The notes under the pieces: model-generated
Told to the model about the DNA's origin: nothing
The model's input: the letters and a program-made list of their open reading frames with translations, nothing else
The model's database searches: none
In this document: piece by piece, positions 1 to 22,949 of the stretch
How positions within the stretch are numbered: the stretch's first letter is position 1
Layout: each line of letters starts with the position of its first letter
NCBI RefSeq assembly: GCF_009914755.1
Contig: NC_060942.1
From: the human T2T-CHM13v2.0 reference genome, Homo sapiens
DNA: 64,000 nt
Strand: one strand, 5' to 3'
Made by a program: the position numbers and the translations under genes

Positions 1-2466
<2,466 letters not shown>

Positions 2467-2689
2467 ACAATGAGATCACATGGACACAGGAAGGGGAACA
2501 TCACACTCTGGGGACTGTGGTGGGGTGGGGTGAGGGGGGAGGGATAGCATTGGGAGATATACATAATGCTAGATGACGATTTAGTGGGTGCAGCGCACCA
2601 GCATGGCACATGTATACATATGTAACTAACCTGCACAATGTGCACATGTACCCTAAAACTTAAAAGTATAATAATAAAAGAAAAAAAGG

Positions 2690-2735
2690 AAAAAATAAAA
2701 TAAAATAAAATTAAATTAAATTAAATTAAATTTAA
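2690..2735 (+). repeat. (TAAAA)n/(TTAAA)n microsatellite derived from the L1 tail
   Basis: Directly visible. Confidence 0.9.
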
Positions 2736-2914
2736 AAAAAGTTTTGAGCGTTCTGTATATATTCTATGTACATGTTCTTTGTCAGATTATGGTTTCCAAA
2801 TGTTTTCTCCAGGTCTGTAGCTTATTCTTTTATCCACTTAGCAAAGTTTTTCACTGAGCAAGTTTTTATTTTGGTGAAATCCGATTGATCATTTCTTAAA
2901 AACAGATCATGCTT

Positions 2915-3226
<312 letters not shown>

Positions 3227-3363
3227 TCATGTCTAAGAAGTCTACCAAACCTTAAGCCCCAGAGATTTTCTATGTTATCTTCTAAAAGTGCTCTGGTTTT
3301 ACATTTTATACTTACATCTATGATCCATGTTGAGTTAAATTTTGTGTAAGGCCTAGGTCAAGG

Positions 3364-3399
3364 TGATGATGATGATAATGATGATGATGATGATGATGA
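3364..3399. repeat. (GAT)n trinucleotide repeat
   Basis: TGATGATGATGATAATGATGATG... Confidence 0.95.
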
Positions 3400-3885
3400 C
3401 TGCCTTTGGGTGTCCAACTGCTCCAGCACCATTTGTTGAAAAAACAGTCCTTCCTCCATTGAATTGCTCTTGTGCCTTTGCCAAAATCAGCTGGCAGTAC
3501 TTGTGAGTCTATTTCTGGGTTCTCTATTCTACTCCAGTGACTTACATATATCTGTCCCTTCACCAATACCACACGGTATTGATTACTGTGACTATATATT
3601 AATGGTAAGTTATATAATCAAATAGAGTGATTCCTACCACTTCATTCTTCTTTTTCAAAATTGTTTTTGGTATTTTAATTCCATTGATTTTCAATATATA
3701 CTTTAGAATAAGTTGAACTATACTGCAAAAAACATTGCTGTGATTTTGATATGAATTGCATTAAACCTATAGATTAATTAGAGAGAAATGTTAACTCCAT
3801 TTTACTGAATATTCCAACCCTTTATAAACATGGTACATGTCTTTATTTATGTAGATCTTTGGTTTCTTTTATCAGTATTTTGTAG

Positions 3886-4187
<302 letters not shown>

Positions 4188-4261
4188 TATTTTGTAGTTT
4201 TCTACATAAAATTTCTGTACATGTTTTCTTAGATTCATACCTGCTGCTTTCTTCTCTTTTT

Positions 4262-4600
4262 CTTTCTCCTTTATTTTTATTATTTATTTAATTATTTCTT
4301 TATTTATGAGGTGGAATCTCACTCTGTCGCACAGGCTGGAGTGCAGTGGTACAATCTCGGCTCACCACAACCTTTGCCTCTCATGTTCTAGCAATTCTAT
4401 TGCATCAGCCTCCCAAGTAGCTGGGATTATAGGTGCCTACCATCATGCCTGGCTAATTTTTTTTTATTATTTTTTTATTTTTAGTAGAAATGGGGTTTCG
4501 CCATTTTGTCCAGGTTGGTCTCGAACTCCTAACCTTAGGTGATCTGCCTGCATCGGCCTCCCAAAGTGCTGAGATTACAGGTGTGAGTCACCATGCCCAG
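4262..4600 (-). mobile_element. AluS
   Basis: Antisense Alu with (TTTA)-type tail. Confidence 0.93.
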
Positions 4601-5050
4601 TCTCTTTTTTCTTTTAGCTACTGTAAATGGTATTGCTTTGTATTGTTTTCCATGTGTTCACTGCTTGTATATGGAAATGCACTTGATTTTTGTATATTGA
4701 TCCTGTCTCCTGTGACCTTACTAAACTCGTTCATTACTTCCAGATTTTTGTTTTGTTTGTATTTTTAATTCTTTGGGATTTTCTATGTAGATTATCCTGT
4801 CATCTGCAAATAGGAAAAGTTTTCTCTTTTCTGTTTTAATCTGTATGTCTTTTATTTCATTTTCTTACCATATTGTGCTGGCTTGGGCTTCTAGTATTAC
4901 ATTGAATGAGAGAGGTGAGAGCAGCCATTGTTACCTTGTTCCCAATTTTAGGAAGAAAGCATTTGGTCTTTTACCATTAGGTACTGTGCTAGTGGTACGT
5001 TTTTTGTTGATGATCTTTATCGTGTTGAGGAAATTCTCATCTACTCTTAG

Positions 5051-5448
<398 letters not shown>

Positions 5449-5703
5449 TGATCTTTTCTCTTTGGCCTGTTAATATGGTGGATTACACTCATTAATTTTC
5501 AAATATTGCAATAGACTTGCAGCCCTGAAATAAATCCCACTCGGTCATGGTGTATGATTCTTCCTATGTACTGTTAAATTCTACTTGCTAATATATTGCT
5601 GGGGATTTTTTTACCTATATTGATGTAAGGTACTGATTTGTAGTTTTCCTTTTTTATACTGTTTATGTCAGGTTTGGGTATAAGAATGACACCTCCTTCA
5701 TAA

Positions 5704-6069
<366 letters not shown>

Positions 6070-6530
6070 GGTGACATTTCTTCTTAATCATTGGTAAAAT
6101 TCTCCAGTGAAGCCATCTTTTCTTGAGTTTTTCAAGAAAATTGAACTTTTTAAATAGTTAAAAGGATATGTAAAGTATCTATTTCATATTGTATGAATTT
6201 TGGTAGCTTGTGCTTTGAAGGAATGGTCCACTTTATCTCAGTTGTTCAATGTATTTGTGTAGAATGTTTTTAGCTTTCCCTTACCATTCTTCTGTTCGTG
6301 GAGACTATAATAATATTACCCATTTTTATTCGTGATATTATTAGTAGTTTGTGTCTTTTCTCTTATTTATTTTTAATTGACAAAAATTGTGTATATTTAT
6401 CATGTACAACATGATGTTTTGAAATATGTATACATTGCAGAACAGATAAATCAAGCTAATTAACGTATGAATTCCCTCACATACTTATTTTTTGTGGGGA
6501 CAACACTTAAAATCTATTCTTGGTGATTTT

Positions 6531-7505
<975 letters not shown>

Positions 7506-8172
7506 TATTCTTGGTGATTTTCAAGAATACAATACATTTTAATTAACTATTCAGTCACCATGTTGTATAATGGATTTCTTGAACTTATTCCTCCTGTTTA
7601 ACTGAAATTTTGTATCCTTTGATCAACATGTCCAATTCCTGCAGCCCGCCTCCAACCCCTACATCCAGCCTCTGGTAACCACCGTTCTACTCTGTTTCTA
7701 TGAGTTCAGCTTTTTCAGATTCCACATATAAGTGAGAAGTTACATTATTTGTCTTTCTGTGCCCAGTTTATTTCACTTAGTATAGTGTCCTCTGGGTTCA
7801 TCCATATTATCGCAAGTGACAGATTTTCTTCTTTTTAAAAGCTGAATACTACTCCATTGTGGATCATACTACATTTTTAAAGACCCATTCATTCCCTGGT
7901 GGACACGTAAGTTGATTCCATATCTTGGCTTTTGTGAATGATGCGGCTGTGAACATGGGAGTGCAGATATCTCTTTGACATGCTGATTGGAACTGCTGGA
8001 TCATACGGAAGTTCTATTTTTAATATTTTGAGGGACATCCCTACTATGTTCCATAATAGCTGTACTAATTTACAGTCCCACTAACAGTATATAAGGGTTC
8101 CATTTTCTCCACATCCTGGCCAACACTTGCTATCCTTTGTCTTTTTGATAACAGCAATTCTAACAGGTGTGA

Positions 8173-8494
<322 letters not shown>

Positions 8495-9142
8495 AGCTCA
8501 TTAGTTTTGATTTGCATTTCCCTGATCATTAGTGACATTGAGCATTTTTTCATTTTCCTGTTGGCCATTTGTATGCCTTATTCTGAAAAATGTCTGTTCA
8601 GGTCCTTTGCCTATTTTTAAAATTGGGTTATTTGTTTTCCTGCAATTGCATTTGTTTGAATTCCTTATATATTTTGGACATTAATGATTTATCAGATATC
8701 AATTTTGCGAGTATTTTCTCCTATTGTGTAAATTGTCTCTTTATTCTATTGGTTGTTTCCTTTGCTGGGCAGAAGTTTTTTAAGTGTGATGTAATCCCAT
8801 TTGTCTATTTTGGGTTTTATGGTCATCTTTTTTTCTTTGTCAATATAACTACAGAATTTTCCATTTTATTAATCTTTTCAAATAAATAGCTTTTGTTTCA
8901 TTGATTTTCTCTATTGCTTTTCTGTTTTCAATTTCATTGATTTCCGTTCTTACCTTTATAATTTCCTTCCTCCTGCTTGGTTTGGGTTTACGTTCCTCTA
9001 CTTTTTTCTAGTTTCTTTAGGTAGAAACGAAATGATTGATTTAGAATCTTTCCTCTTTTCTAATGTAAACAATTAGTGCTATAAATGTCCCTCTTGGCAG
9101 CATTTTAGCTGCATCCCACAAATTTCAGTAAGTTGTTTTTTA

Positions 9143-10079
<937 letters not shown>

Positions 10080-10494
10080 AGCTCAGTGTATTTTTTAAAA
10101 TTTGCCTTAAGGCATCTTCTTTGATACACGGATTATTGAGAATTATGCTAATTTCCAAGTGTTTAGAGATTTTCCTGTTGTCTGTTTTTGATTTCTAGTT
10201 TGATTCATTTGTACTCAGAGAACAGATTTTTGTTTAATTTCAATTATTTATAATTTGTTGGAGTTTACTTTATGACCCAGGATATGGTCTATCTAAATGA
10301 ATATTCCTTGACTGAAAATAATATATATGCTGTTGTCGATGCGGTGTTCTATAAAGGCCAATTAGACCCTGTTGGGTGTGGTTAAATTCCTCTATATCCT
10401 TGCTGTGCATCTGTCTAGTAGTTCTATCAATTGTTGATAAAAGGGTGTTTAAGTCTCCAACTATAATTGCGGATTTGTCTCTTTCTGTCACTTC

Positions 10495-10802
10495 TTGTTT
10501 TTTTTTTGTTTGTTTGTTTTTTTGAGACAGAGTTGCGCTCTGTCACCCAGGCTGAAGTGCAGTGGCACGATCTCGGCTCACTGCAACCTCTGCCTCCTGG
10601 GTTCAAGCGATTCTCCTGCCTCAGCCTCCTGAGTAGCTGAGATTATAGCCACTCGCCACCACACCTGGCTAATTTTTGTATTTTTAGTAGAGACAGGGTT
10701 TCACCATGTGGTCAGGCTGGTCTCGAACACCTGACGTCGTGATCCACCCGCTTCAGCCTCCCAGAGTGCTGGAATTGCAGGCGTGAGCCACTGTACCTGG
10801 CC
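10495..10802 (-). mobile_element. AluS
   Basis: TSD TCTTTCTGTCACTTCT. Confidence 0.93.
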
Positions 10803-10823
10803 TCTTTCTGTCACTTCTAACAA

Positions 10824-11117
10824 TTTTTTTTTTTTTTAAGACGGAGTCTCGCTCTGTTGCCCAGGCTGGGCTGCAGTGGCACGATCTTGGCTCACTGCAA
10901 GCTCGCCTCCCGAGTTCATGCCATTCTCCTGCCTCAGCCTCCCCAGTAGCTGGGACTACAGGCGCCCGCCACCACATCCGGCTAATTTTTTGTATTTTTA
11001 GTAGAGATGGGGTTTCACCATGTTAGCCAGGATGGTCTCAATCTCTTGACCTCGTGATCCGCCTGCCTCGGCCTCCCAAAGTGCTGGGATTACAGGAGTA
11101 AGCCACTACGCCCAGCC
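10824..11117 (-). mobile_element. AluY inserted in the tail of the adjacent AluSp
   Basis: AluY diagnostics; the tandem pair is flanked by TTCTAACAATTTT. Confidence 0.92.
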
Positions 11118-11414
11118 CTTTTTTTTTTTTTTGAGACGGAGTTTCGCTCTTGTTGCCCAGACTGGAGTGCAATGGCACAATCTCGGCTCACTGCAACCTC
11201 CTCCTCCTGGGGTTCAAGCGATTCTCCTGCCTCAGCCTCCTGAGTAGCTGGGATTACAGGCATCCACCACCACACCCAGCTAATTTTGTATTTTCAGTAG
11301 AGACGGGTTTCTCCATGTTGTTCAGGCTGGTCTCAAACTCCTGACCTCAGGTGATCTGCCTGCATCGGCCTCCTAAAGTGCTGGAATTACAGGCGTGAGC
11401 CACCACGCCTGGCC
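11118..11414 (-). mobile_element. AluSp-like
   Basis: GTTTCGCTCTTGTTG, GCAATGG, TTTCTCCATG. Confidence 0.92.
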
Positions 11415-11734
11415 TTTTCTAACAATTTTTGCTCTTCGTGTTTTGAAGACCTGTTGTTGGATGCACAGACATTTCAGATTACCATGGTTTCTTGGTTTGT
11501 TATTTCATTATTATGTAATGTCCTTCTTAGTCCCATGTAATTTTCTTTGCTCTATAGTCTGTTTTATTTTATGATGTTAATATAGTGGTTTCTAATTTCT
11601 TTTGATTAATGTTACATGATATGTAATTTTTCATATCTTTAATTTCAACCTACCTATACTTGAATATATCAGATATGTTATAATGAATATATTATATTCG
11701 GTGAGTTTATTTTAGTCAATGTGTAGTTGGACCA

Positions 11735-12047
<313 letters not shown>

Positions 12048-12523
12048 ATATCTGTTTTTTAATTGGTGTATTTAGAGCAATTAAATTTACATTTAATTTA
12101 ACTATTAATATGTTAAGGCTTAATTCTGCCATTTTACTATCTTTCATTTGTCCTCATTTTCTGTTCCTTTGTTTCACTTTTCCTGCCTTTCTGAGGTTAC
12201 CTGAACATTTTTTAGAATTTCATTCTGATGTATGTAAATTTCTGAGGATATATTTTTGGGTAGATATTTCTGTGGTTGCTCTAGGTCTTACACTTTACGT
12301 ATATAAATTTTCACTGCCCATTAGTGTCAACATTTTATGTCTGAGTAAAGTGTAGAATCCTTTCCTCCATTTAAGTTACATTTTCCCTCCCCTACTTTAT
12401 AGTATAATTAGCTTAAATATTTTCTGTACATATACTGAGAACCAGATCAGACAATGTTATACTTTTTGTTTCAATCATCTAACATAATTTAGAGCATTCA
12501 AGAGGATAGTCTATTATATTTAT

Positions 12524-12823
12524 CTTTTTTTTTTTTTTTGAGACAGAGTCTCACTCTGTCTCCCAGGCTGAGCGCAGTGGTGTGATCTCGGCTCACTGCA
12601 AGCTCTGCCTCCTGGGTTCACGCCATTCTCCTGCCTCAGCCTCCTGAGTAGCTGGGACTACAGGCACCCGTCATCATGCCCTGCTAATTTTTTTTTTGTA
12701 TTTTTAGTACAGACTGGGTTTCACTGTGTTAGCCAGGATGGTCTCGATCTCCTGACCTCGTGATCCGCCTGCCTCGGCCTCCCAAAGTGCTGGGATTACA
12801 GGCGTCAGCCCCCGTGCCTGGCC
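12524..12823 (-). mobile_element. AluY
   Basis: AluY diagnostics; TSD TATTTATC. Confidence 0.95.
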
Positions 12824-12924
12824 TATTTATCCTTATTTTTTTATTGTTCTTTCTTCATTTCTAATACTCCATATTTCCTTCTTTTATTATTTCCTTTGTG
12901 TTTGTTTGTCTCCAATAGGCATTC

Positions 12925-13032
12925 AGTACATTTCTGGACGTACAACAGGGCTACGCCTGGATAAACCCATTGAAGGTTGAAAATACTGGAAGTTGAAAAT
13001 GCACTTTTTGACTTACAATATTTTCAACTGAC
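12925..13032. mobile_element. TcMar-Tigger DNA transposon fragment (MER47/Tigger5-like)
   Basis: GATAAACCCATTGAAGGTTGAAAATA...GTTGAAAATGCA followed by the inverted TTACAATATTTTCAAC. Confidence 0.55.
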
Positions 13033-13189
13033 TATATACAATATATAGTCATACTGTATACACTATATGTATAGTTTTATAGATACATAGTTTTATAGAC
13101 ATGCATATAATCTACATTGAATTGCAAATTATAATGATTTTTATTTTGTGGATTTTATTTTTTAAGAATTTTATTCATTATCCAAATGT

Positions 13190-13605
13190 ATTATTATTTT
13201 TTTACTTGACAAGTAAAAATTGTATATACTTATGGTGTATGACACACTGTCTTGGTATATGTATACACTGTGGAATCGCTAAATCTGGCTATTTAACATA
13301 TGCATTACCTCACATACCATTTTTGTGGTGAGAACACTTCAAATCTGCTGTCCTAACAGTAGTCAAGTGTACAATATGTTGTTATTCGCTGTAGTCATCC
13401 TGATGTACGTTGAATGTCTTGAACTTACTCCTCCTGTCTAACTGAAATTGTGTGTCCTTTGACCAACATCTCCCCAGTCCACTCCCTGCCCCAGCCATTC
13501 TACTCTCCTCCTGTGAGTCCAATTTTTTTTTGGTTCCACATATAGTGAGATCATGCAGTGTTTGTCTGGCTGTGCCTGTCTTATTTCTCTCAGCATAATA
13601 TCCCA
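13190..13605 (-). mobile_element. L1MA 3' fragment
   Basis: Same 3'-end family as 6360-8815 (CTTACTCCTCCTGTCTAACTGAAATT). Confidence 0.8.
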
Positions 13606-13769
13606 AAACACTCTTGATGCCTATTTTGTACCCAGCACTGGGATGAATGCTAGAGCTACTGCCATACTTGCTAGTCAGAGGAGGTCCTGGAGCTGCATTC
13701 AGGTTCATCCTTGGCAGTAAGAAGACAGCATAACAGGGCACAGTGATCTGAGCAAAATAAACTGGTGAC

Positions 13770-13935
13770 CTGGCAGAGCACAGGGAGGAGGGGGCTGCTC
13801 TAGACTGAGGGATCCAGGAAGGCCTCACTGAACTCTAAGGAGGTGACTGTTAGCCAGGACCTAGCAGATGACAGGAAGTTGGTCTTATGATGAGAATTCC
13901 AAGCAAAGGGAACAGCATGTGCCAAGGTTCTGAAT
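13770..13935 (-). mobile_element. L2 fragment
   Basis: GGAAGGCCTC...GGAGGTGAC...ATTCCAAGCAAAGGGAACAGCATGTGCCAAGG. Confidence 0.65.
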
Positions 13936-14720
13936 TGCAAAAGAACAGAGAGAAGCCAGAGAAGCGGGTGGGACAAGCAGGCACAAGCCAGAGTCTCACA
14001 GCCTTCCAGGCCACCGGCAGACAATCCAGATTCACAGCAACACTCTCAACAAATGAACTCCAGGGGCAGAATAAAACTGTACATTACTGCAAAATTGGCA
14101 GTGTATGAATTTAAAATGGCCCTGCTTTTTGCTGCCACTGGTAAGGTGCTTCAACCTAGAGAATGTGCAGAGAAAGACAAGAAGGAAAGAAAAGAGAATG
14201 ACAAAGACAAGAAGGAATGGAAAGAGAATAACAAAGAAAAGGAGGAGGACAGAAGATGGCCAGAGAAGTGGGAAGTGATAAAGAAATGGAAGCCCCCACA
14301 TGCTGGAGCCTGCTCTCTTGAGCCACAACTTCAGGACCCCAGACAATTGTCTGCTTTCCGTGGGGAAGTACCTGCTGGCATCCTGGAGCTGCTACTTAAG
14401 CTAGGGTTACCCAAGGGCCCCCAGGGGGATGGGGGGAAACCTCAAAAGTATTCTAGTGTTTCCTGGCCTAAACCAGATCAAGACCAAACAAAGGACTTTC
14501 TCTTCAGGGGCGGTGTCAGTATTAAAGCCAAAGATAACCCTCTCTGCAAAAAGGACAGCTCAGAAACAGGCCAGATGCTTCACCCAGGAGGCAGCCAAGT
14601 GGTGGGAGGGGGATGGAACTTTATCAGGATAAGAAGATCCAAGTTCAGCTCCCTTTCTGAAGCAATGAGTGATCTTGTGTAAGTTACTTTATCTCTTTGA
14701 GTCTGAGTCTGCATCTTTCC

Positions 14721-15025
14721 TTTTTTTTTTTTTTTTTTTTTTTTTTAAGAAACTGGATCTCACTTTATTGTCCAGGCTGGAGGGCAGTGGTGTGATCTCA
14801 GCTCACTGTACCCTCGAACTCCAGGGCTCAATCGAACCTCTCACCTGAGCTTTGCAAGTAGCTGGGACTATAGGCATGCACCATCATGCCCGGCTAATTT
14901 TTGTATTCTTTGTAGAGATGGGATTTCAGCCTTGTTGCCCAGGCTGGCCCCAAATTCCTGGGCTCAAGCGATCTACCTGCCTCCCACAGTGCTGGAATTA
15001 CAGGCGTGAGCCACTATGCCTGGCC
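14721..15025 (-). mobile_element. AluJ inserted in a MIR (MIR pieces ~14640-14720 and 15026-15200)
   Basis: AluJ features; TSD CTGCATCTT; MIR core CATTAAAATGGAAACAATAGTACCT. Confidence 0.88.
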
Positions 15026-15300
15026 TGCATCTTCCCATCATTAAAATGGAAACAATAGTACCTGTTTACAGGCTTGCTGTGAGCTCAGCCTGGTCAATAC
15101 TTCCGGGGCCTAATTTCTGTATCTGTAAAATTGAGTTAATAATGCCCACCTTTCCTAACTCACAGGCCTATTGTGAGCCCGAAACACTTTGGACTTTAGA
15201 ACAAACGCTTGACAAAGGAGGAATGGCATTATGATCTTCACTTTCCATGCTAACTTAAAGGTCAAGGGAGTCAGAGTCCTGAAATTATCATTGTCCAGAG

Positions 15301-15857
15301 CAGGTTCAGCAGACTATTCCTGTAAGGGACCAGAGGATAAATATTTCAGCCTTTGAGAGCCATACAAACTCTGTCACAATTATGCAGCTCTGCCGTGGCA
15401 TGAAAGCAGCCACAGACAATGAATAAATAAATGAACGTGGCTGAATTCCAGTAGAACTTTATATGCTCACTGAAATTTGAATTTCATACAATTTTCACAT
15501 CAAAAATGTTACTTTTTCCTGGCTAACACGGTGAAACCCCATCTCTACTAAAAATAAAAAAAATTAGCCGGGTGTGGTGGTGGGCGCCTGTAGTCCCAGC
15601 TACTTGGGAGGCTGAGGCAGGAGAATGGCATGAACCGGGAGGCAGAGTTTGCAGTGAGCCGAGATTGTGCCACTGCCCTCCAGCCTGGGCGACAGAGCAA
15701 GACTCTGTCTCAAAACAAAACAAAAAAACAACAAAAAAAGTTATTTTTTTTCCGAACATTTGAAACTGCAAAAAGAAAAACATTTCAACTGGTGGACCGT
15801 AGAAAAACAAGCAGCAAAGTAGAGTAACCCATGGGCCATAATTTGCCAAATACCTGT
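15301..15857. mobile_element. hAT-Charlie MER58-like element interrupted by AluY
   Basis: CAGG...CTGTAAGGGACCAGA...AAATATTT; terminal TTTGCCAAATACCTG. Confidence 0.75.
15518..15739 (+). mobile_element. 5'-truncated AluY
   Basis: Starts CCTGGCTAACACGGTG; TSD ~AAAA(T/A)GTTA(C/T)TTTT. Confidence 0.92.
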
Positions 15858-16436
15858 TGTAGAATTCCACCATTACTGGCCATTACTGGCCACATCTCTA
15901 GTACAGCAAAAACTCCCTGGAGATTCATTTAGTGATACAGATGTGAAAATTGAGAATTCAATCATTTCATGGGAAGAACAGTTTTAGAATTTGTCCAATA
16001 GGGTCACCTTCAGTGAGAGGGTATGCAGGCTACCATTAATTCAACATTTGAAGATATCGACCTATCAGCACAACTAGATCCAAGCTAATGATGAGGGAAG
16101 AATGTTCACTGAAAATCCCATCTGTCTGAAAATAGAGACTTGAGACCTCATCAGTTGCTTTAAGGGAAGAAGTATCTGTGGGCAGGAACCTCAAGTAAGT
16201 CACTAGGAGCATGCTTGTATGCATTGTTAAGACACACTGCTATCGAATTGGTTCATAGCCACCTTGATCATTTTGGTTAAGAACACTAACCACCGGCCAG
16301 AATCTCTTCTATGCCTGCACCTTTGATAAGTGTTTTCTTGGTTTACAGCCACTGCTGAACTTACTCTGCTACAGTTCTCAACAAGACCCTTGGACTTGGG
16401 GGCTCCTATTAAAGAGACTTTGTTAAGAAAAAAACA

Positions 16437-16737
<301 letters not shown>

Positions 16738-17750
16738 TTAATCATTAATTTATTTTTTATTTATTTTTGTCAAAAGGTAGTCGCAATATAGACCATATCT
16801 GTTAGTAAATTACCTGAAGACTCTCTGTCTCTGCTCTGGACTTTTTTTTGTCAGTGGTCCATCTTTTTGATATACATCTTTGTGAGGTGACATTTACAAA
16901 GCTTGCCAAGGTCCCCAGTGACCTCCACACTAATAAATCCAGGGATGTTTAGAGTCCTCAGTTCACTTGGCCTGTCACCTGCATTTTCCAATCTGGACCA
17001 TTCCGTCTCCCCTTTGGCCCTCATGATACCACACTTTTTTCTGGGTCTCCTTGCACGCTTGCCTTCCTCCACCCAACTGTTCATGCAGGAGTTTCTCGGG
17101 CTAAGCTCCTCCTCGTGTCACTTTATCTCCTGAACAATCTCTCCCATACTTTGGGCTCCAGTCTAGGGCAAGAGGACTGGTCTGGCCTGGGGATACACGA
17201 CTGTGACTCACTTCAGCAACTATGCACCAGTGACTCACAATTGTGTATCCCCAGGCCAGACCACTCCTCTTGCCCTAGACATAGGTATCTCATCTTCTAG
17301 TCTGTGTCTCTTTTTGGAGGCCTCAAAAGCATCTGAAATTCAATGTGTCCAAAACTGCTATCCCCAAGTTTATCTTCTTGCAATTGCCTCTGCCAGTAAA
17401 TAACATGACCCCCCCATCCACTTATGAGGAGACCAGAAACTTAGGAGTCATCTTTGACATCTCCTTTTCTCCTGTTTCCCCATAGCTAGTCTAATGTGGA
17501 CTAATACTAACTTTGCATTTGAAATATCACTCAAACCCTTCATCTCCTCTCCATTTCCACTATGATCAACCCAGACCAAACCATCGGGACCCTTACCACG
17601 GACCTCAGACTGGCCTCTCACCCCCACACTTGCTCTTCCCTAATTCCTTCCCCTATGCAGCAGTAAGAGTGATCTTTAAAAATACAAACCTGATCCAATC
17701 AACCCCCCGTCCCCAAATAAAACCCTTTGGTACTTTCTTGTCACTCTTAG

Positions 17751-18572
<822 letters not shown>

Positions 18573-19869
18573 CGATTCCTCCCCATTTTTATGGTCTTAC
18601 TTCAAACAGCAGCATCGCAGGAAAACCTCCGCAGATTCCCCAGTTTGGGCCTTGTACAGCTCTCTGTATCTCTTCCTTCAGCAGTTGTCATGTTTGTGGT
18701 TACATTTTAATTTGTGTGATCATTTGGTTAATTTATGTTCCTTTGTTAGACTGGAAGCTCCATTACACCCTAGCACAGGGCAGGGCCAGCAGGAGGCACT
18801 TGGTAAATACCTGATGAAGAGAAGGAGGGACAAAAGGAGAAAGGGAGAGTGGTGGCAGGGCATAGGTGGGGGCAAAGGAACTGAGGGAAAAAAGGAGAAA
18901 AAGATAGAACAGAGCGGAATAAAGAGGGAAGAAGCATCTATCCCTAGAAATGGTACCTGGGAAATTACAAAATCACCCACACCCCACAGGAAGTATCTTC
19001 TTTATATTACAAAAAGGAGTTTCAACACATGCCCACATGCCCACTGTGAAAACACTCCCCATCTGAAGCCAAGGGCCTGGAGAGGTTTGTCTCTTTCATC
19101 GTGTAATGCCCTCAGAGATCCAACTACTAGAATCGTGCTCATGGCATTTCTGAGCCCTTTTCATTGTGTCACTTTTGGTTGAGACAGAAAGTGCAAGCTA
19201 CACACCCCTTTACAGAAAACCTGGTGTTCCTGAGACTCTGGAAACACGGAAGATGAATAGACATGTCATGGCGTCCCACCACGAGAGTCATCCGGGGGCC
19301 TAAGGGAAGTTCTCATTAGAAAATGTCAGACAGCAGAGAGAAGGAGTGATTTACAGTACAGGAAAAATGCTGAGGAAATCCTCAGACAAGAGGCTTCACA
19401 AAGATTACTTAGAATTGGAAGATAGAAAATACAGATTTTCTGGTGGGGAGGAGATCATTTTATCGTGCCCGGTAAACAAAGTTTGCTGTTGTGCTTGGAT
19501 AGTATGATAGGTAGCCCACTTTCCTTGAAGGTTTGCTGTAAACTGTAGGCCCGCATATATGCATGAAGCCAGGGACCTTGCGGGGCTGAGCACAGCCTTC
19601 CCTTTTTGTCTTGATCAGTTTTTCGGATTCGGAGTTGAAAAATTGAATTCATTTTCTGCCCTCATGCATATTGCGATGCTGTTTTTAAATAGAACCTGAG
19701 ACCTCCTTCATCCTCACCCTTCCATTGGTTTATGCATTTTCTACATTCAGCTACTGCCCCTATTTTCTTCCATAAAGACTAGGAAGGACATCCAAATAGG
19801 GGTACAAAAGTTTACCAATGAAGAGCTTCTAGGAAAAAAAGAAATGAGCTTAAAGATTAGATTATCTCC

Positions 19870-20190
<321 letters not shown>

Positions 20191-20920
20191 AAGGTTAGAT
20201 GATCTCACAAGAGTAGTATAAAAACCTGAGTGTGCAGCTTTGAGACACTTAGGGAGAAACAGGGGGCAAAAGAAGCTGAGAGGGAGGCTGAAATTGCCAG
20301 AATGAAGGGATAGCTGAAATAGCCGCCGCTTAGGAGACCACCAAGCCAGACAGGACAGGCATGGCAGGGGAGGCAGCTGGAGAGGGACTCTTCACCAGCC
20401 TTGCTTAGGTTTGTTACCTTTTCAGATCAAAACTGGAGCCTCATAATAGATATCACAGAATAATTGGTCCACTAATTAATTAATAATGAATTTAACTTAG
20501 TTTTCCTTCTACAGAAATATGTCTCCAAGATAATTTTTTCTTTTTGTGATGGTGAAACATAAAGCAATATGACCCTAAACAACTCACTATTTTGCTACCT
20601 GAATTTTCCAATAAAACATCTGTATTTGGAAAAGCGAGGCATACCAAGTGGCCTTTTTCATTTAGGATGAACATGTCTTTGCTCTCATCGTCTTACTCGA
20701 AACTCTATAATTGCCAACAACTGCATCTAAATCCCCAAGTGGATTTCATCTCATTTCTTAATCTATGTTGTAAAGCTGCAATATTCAGCTTTTGCTGCCA
20801 ACCATGTTTTATGTCTTCAGAATTGCCTGAAATGTAAAATTAAACTTAGTCCATGCTATTCTGAACCTCCTTCCATGGCATTTGATCTGTGGTTAGTTTG
20901 CTTTAATAGTTAATTTAATA

Positions 20921-21347
<427 letters not shown>

Positions 21348-21504
21348 TCAAATGAACTTCATTCCTGAAGTCCTGAAATGCAAACATGTTCAATATAATA
21401 AAACTATTAATACAATTTCCCATGTTATTTAGTAAAAAATGAATAACGATTATTTTAATACATGACAAAAAACCATCTTCTAAATTCTTTATCATTTGTG
21501 AAAA

Positions 21505-21810
21505 ATTATTGTTTTGTTTTGTTTTTTTAGAGACAGGGTCTTGCTCTGTTGCCCAGACTGGAGTGCAGTGGCACCAACACAGCTCACTGCAGCCTTGAAC
21601 TCCTGGGCTCAAGCAGTCCTCCCACCTGAGCCTCCCAAGTAGTTGGGACCACAGGCACATACCACCACACTTGGTTACATTTTTATATTTTTGTAGACAC
21701 AGGGTCTCACTATGTTGCCCAAGCTAGTCTTGAACTCCTGGCCTCAAGCGATCTTCCTGCCTCAGCCTCTAAAGCACTGGGACTACAGGTGTGAGCCACT
21801 GCACCCAGCC
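21505..21810 (-). mobile_element. AluJ
   Basis: CAGCCTTGAACTCCTGGGCTCAAG. Confidence 0.92.
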
Positions 21811-21949
21811 TCTTTTCTGAAAAACTATTGTTATATAATATAATTTAGAAACAGCAAGTGAAACGGTAAAAACAAGACAAAACCAAAAGGCTTTGAATTA
21901 ATGTTACAGTCAGTTTAAGTTTCATTTAGCATGACTTCTTTTAACATTA

Positions 21950-22944
<995 letters not shown>

Positions 22945-22949
22945 TAAAT

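Noticed and set aside
2505-2545. G-quadruplex-like tract (also 44590-44623 and 6665-6690)
   Set aside because: Standard L1 3'UTR feature.
3318-3572. ORF with a poly-histidine tract
   Set aside because: A (GAT)n microsatellite inside a dead L1 ORF2 relic.
18652-19182. 176-aa ORF with a basic stretch
   Set aside because: Non-ATG start; spans an L2 end and GA-rich low complexity; no domain.
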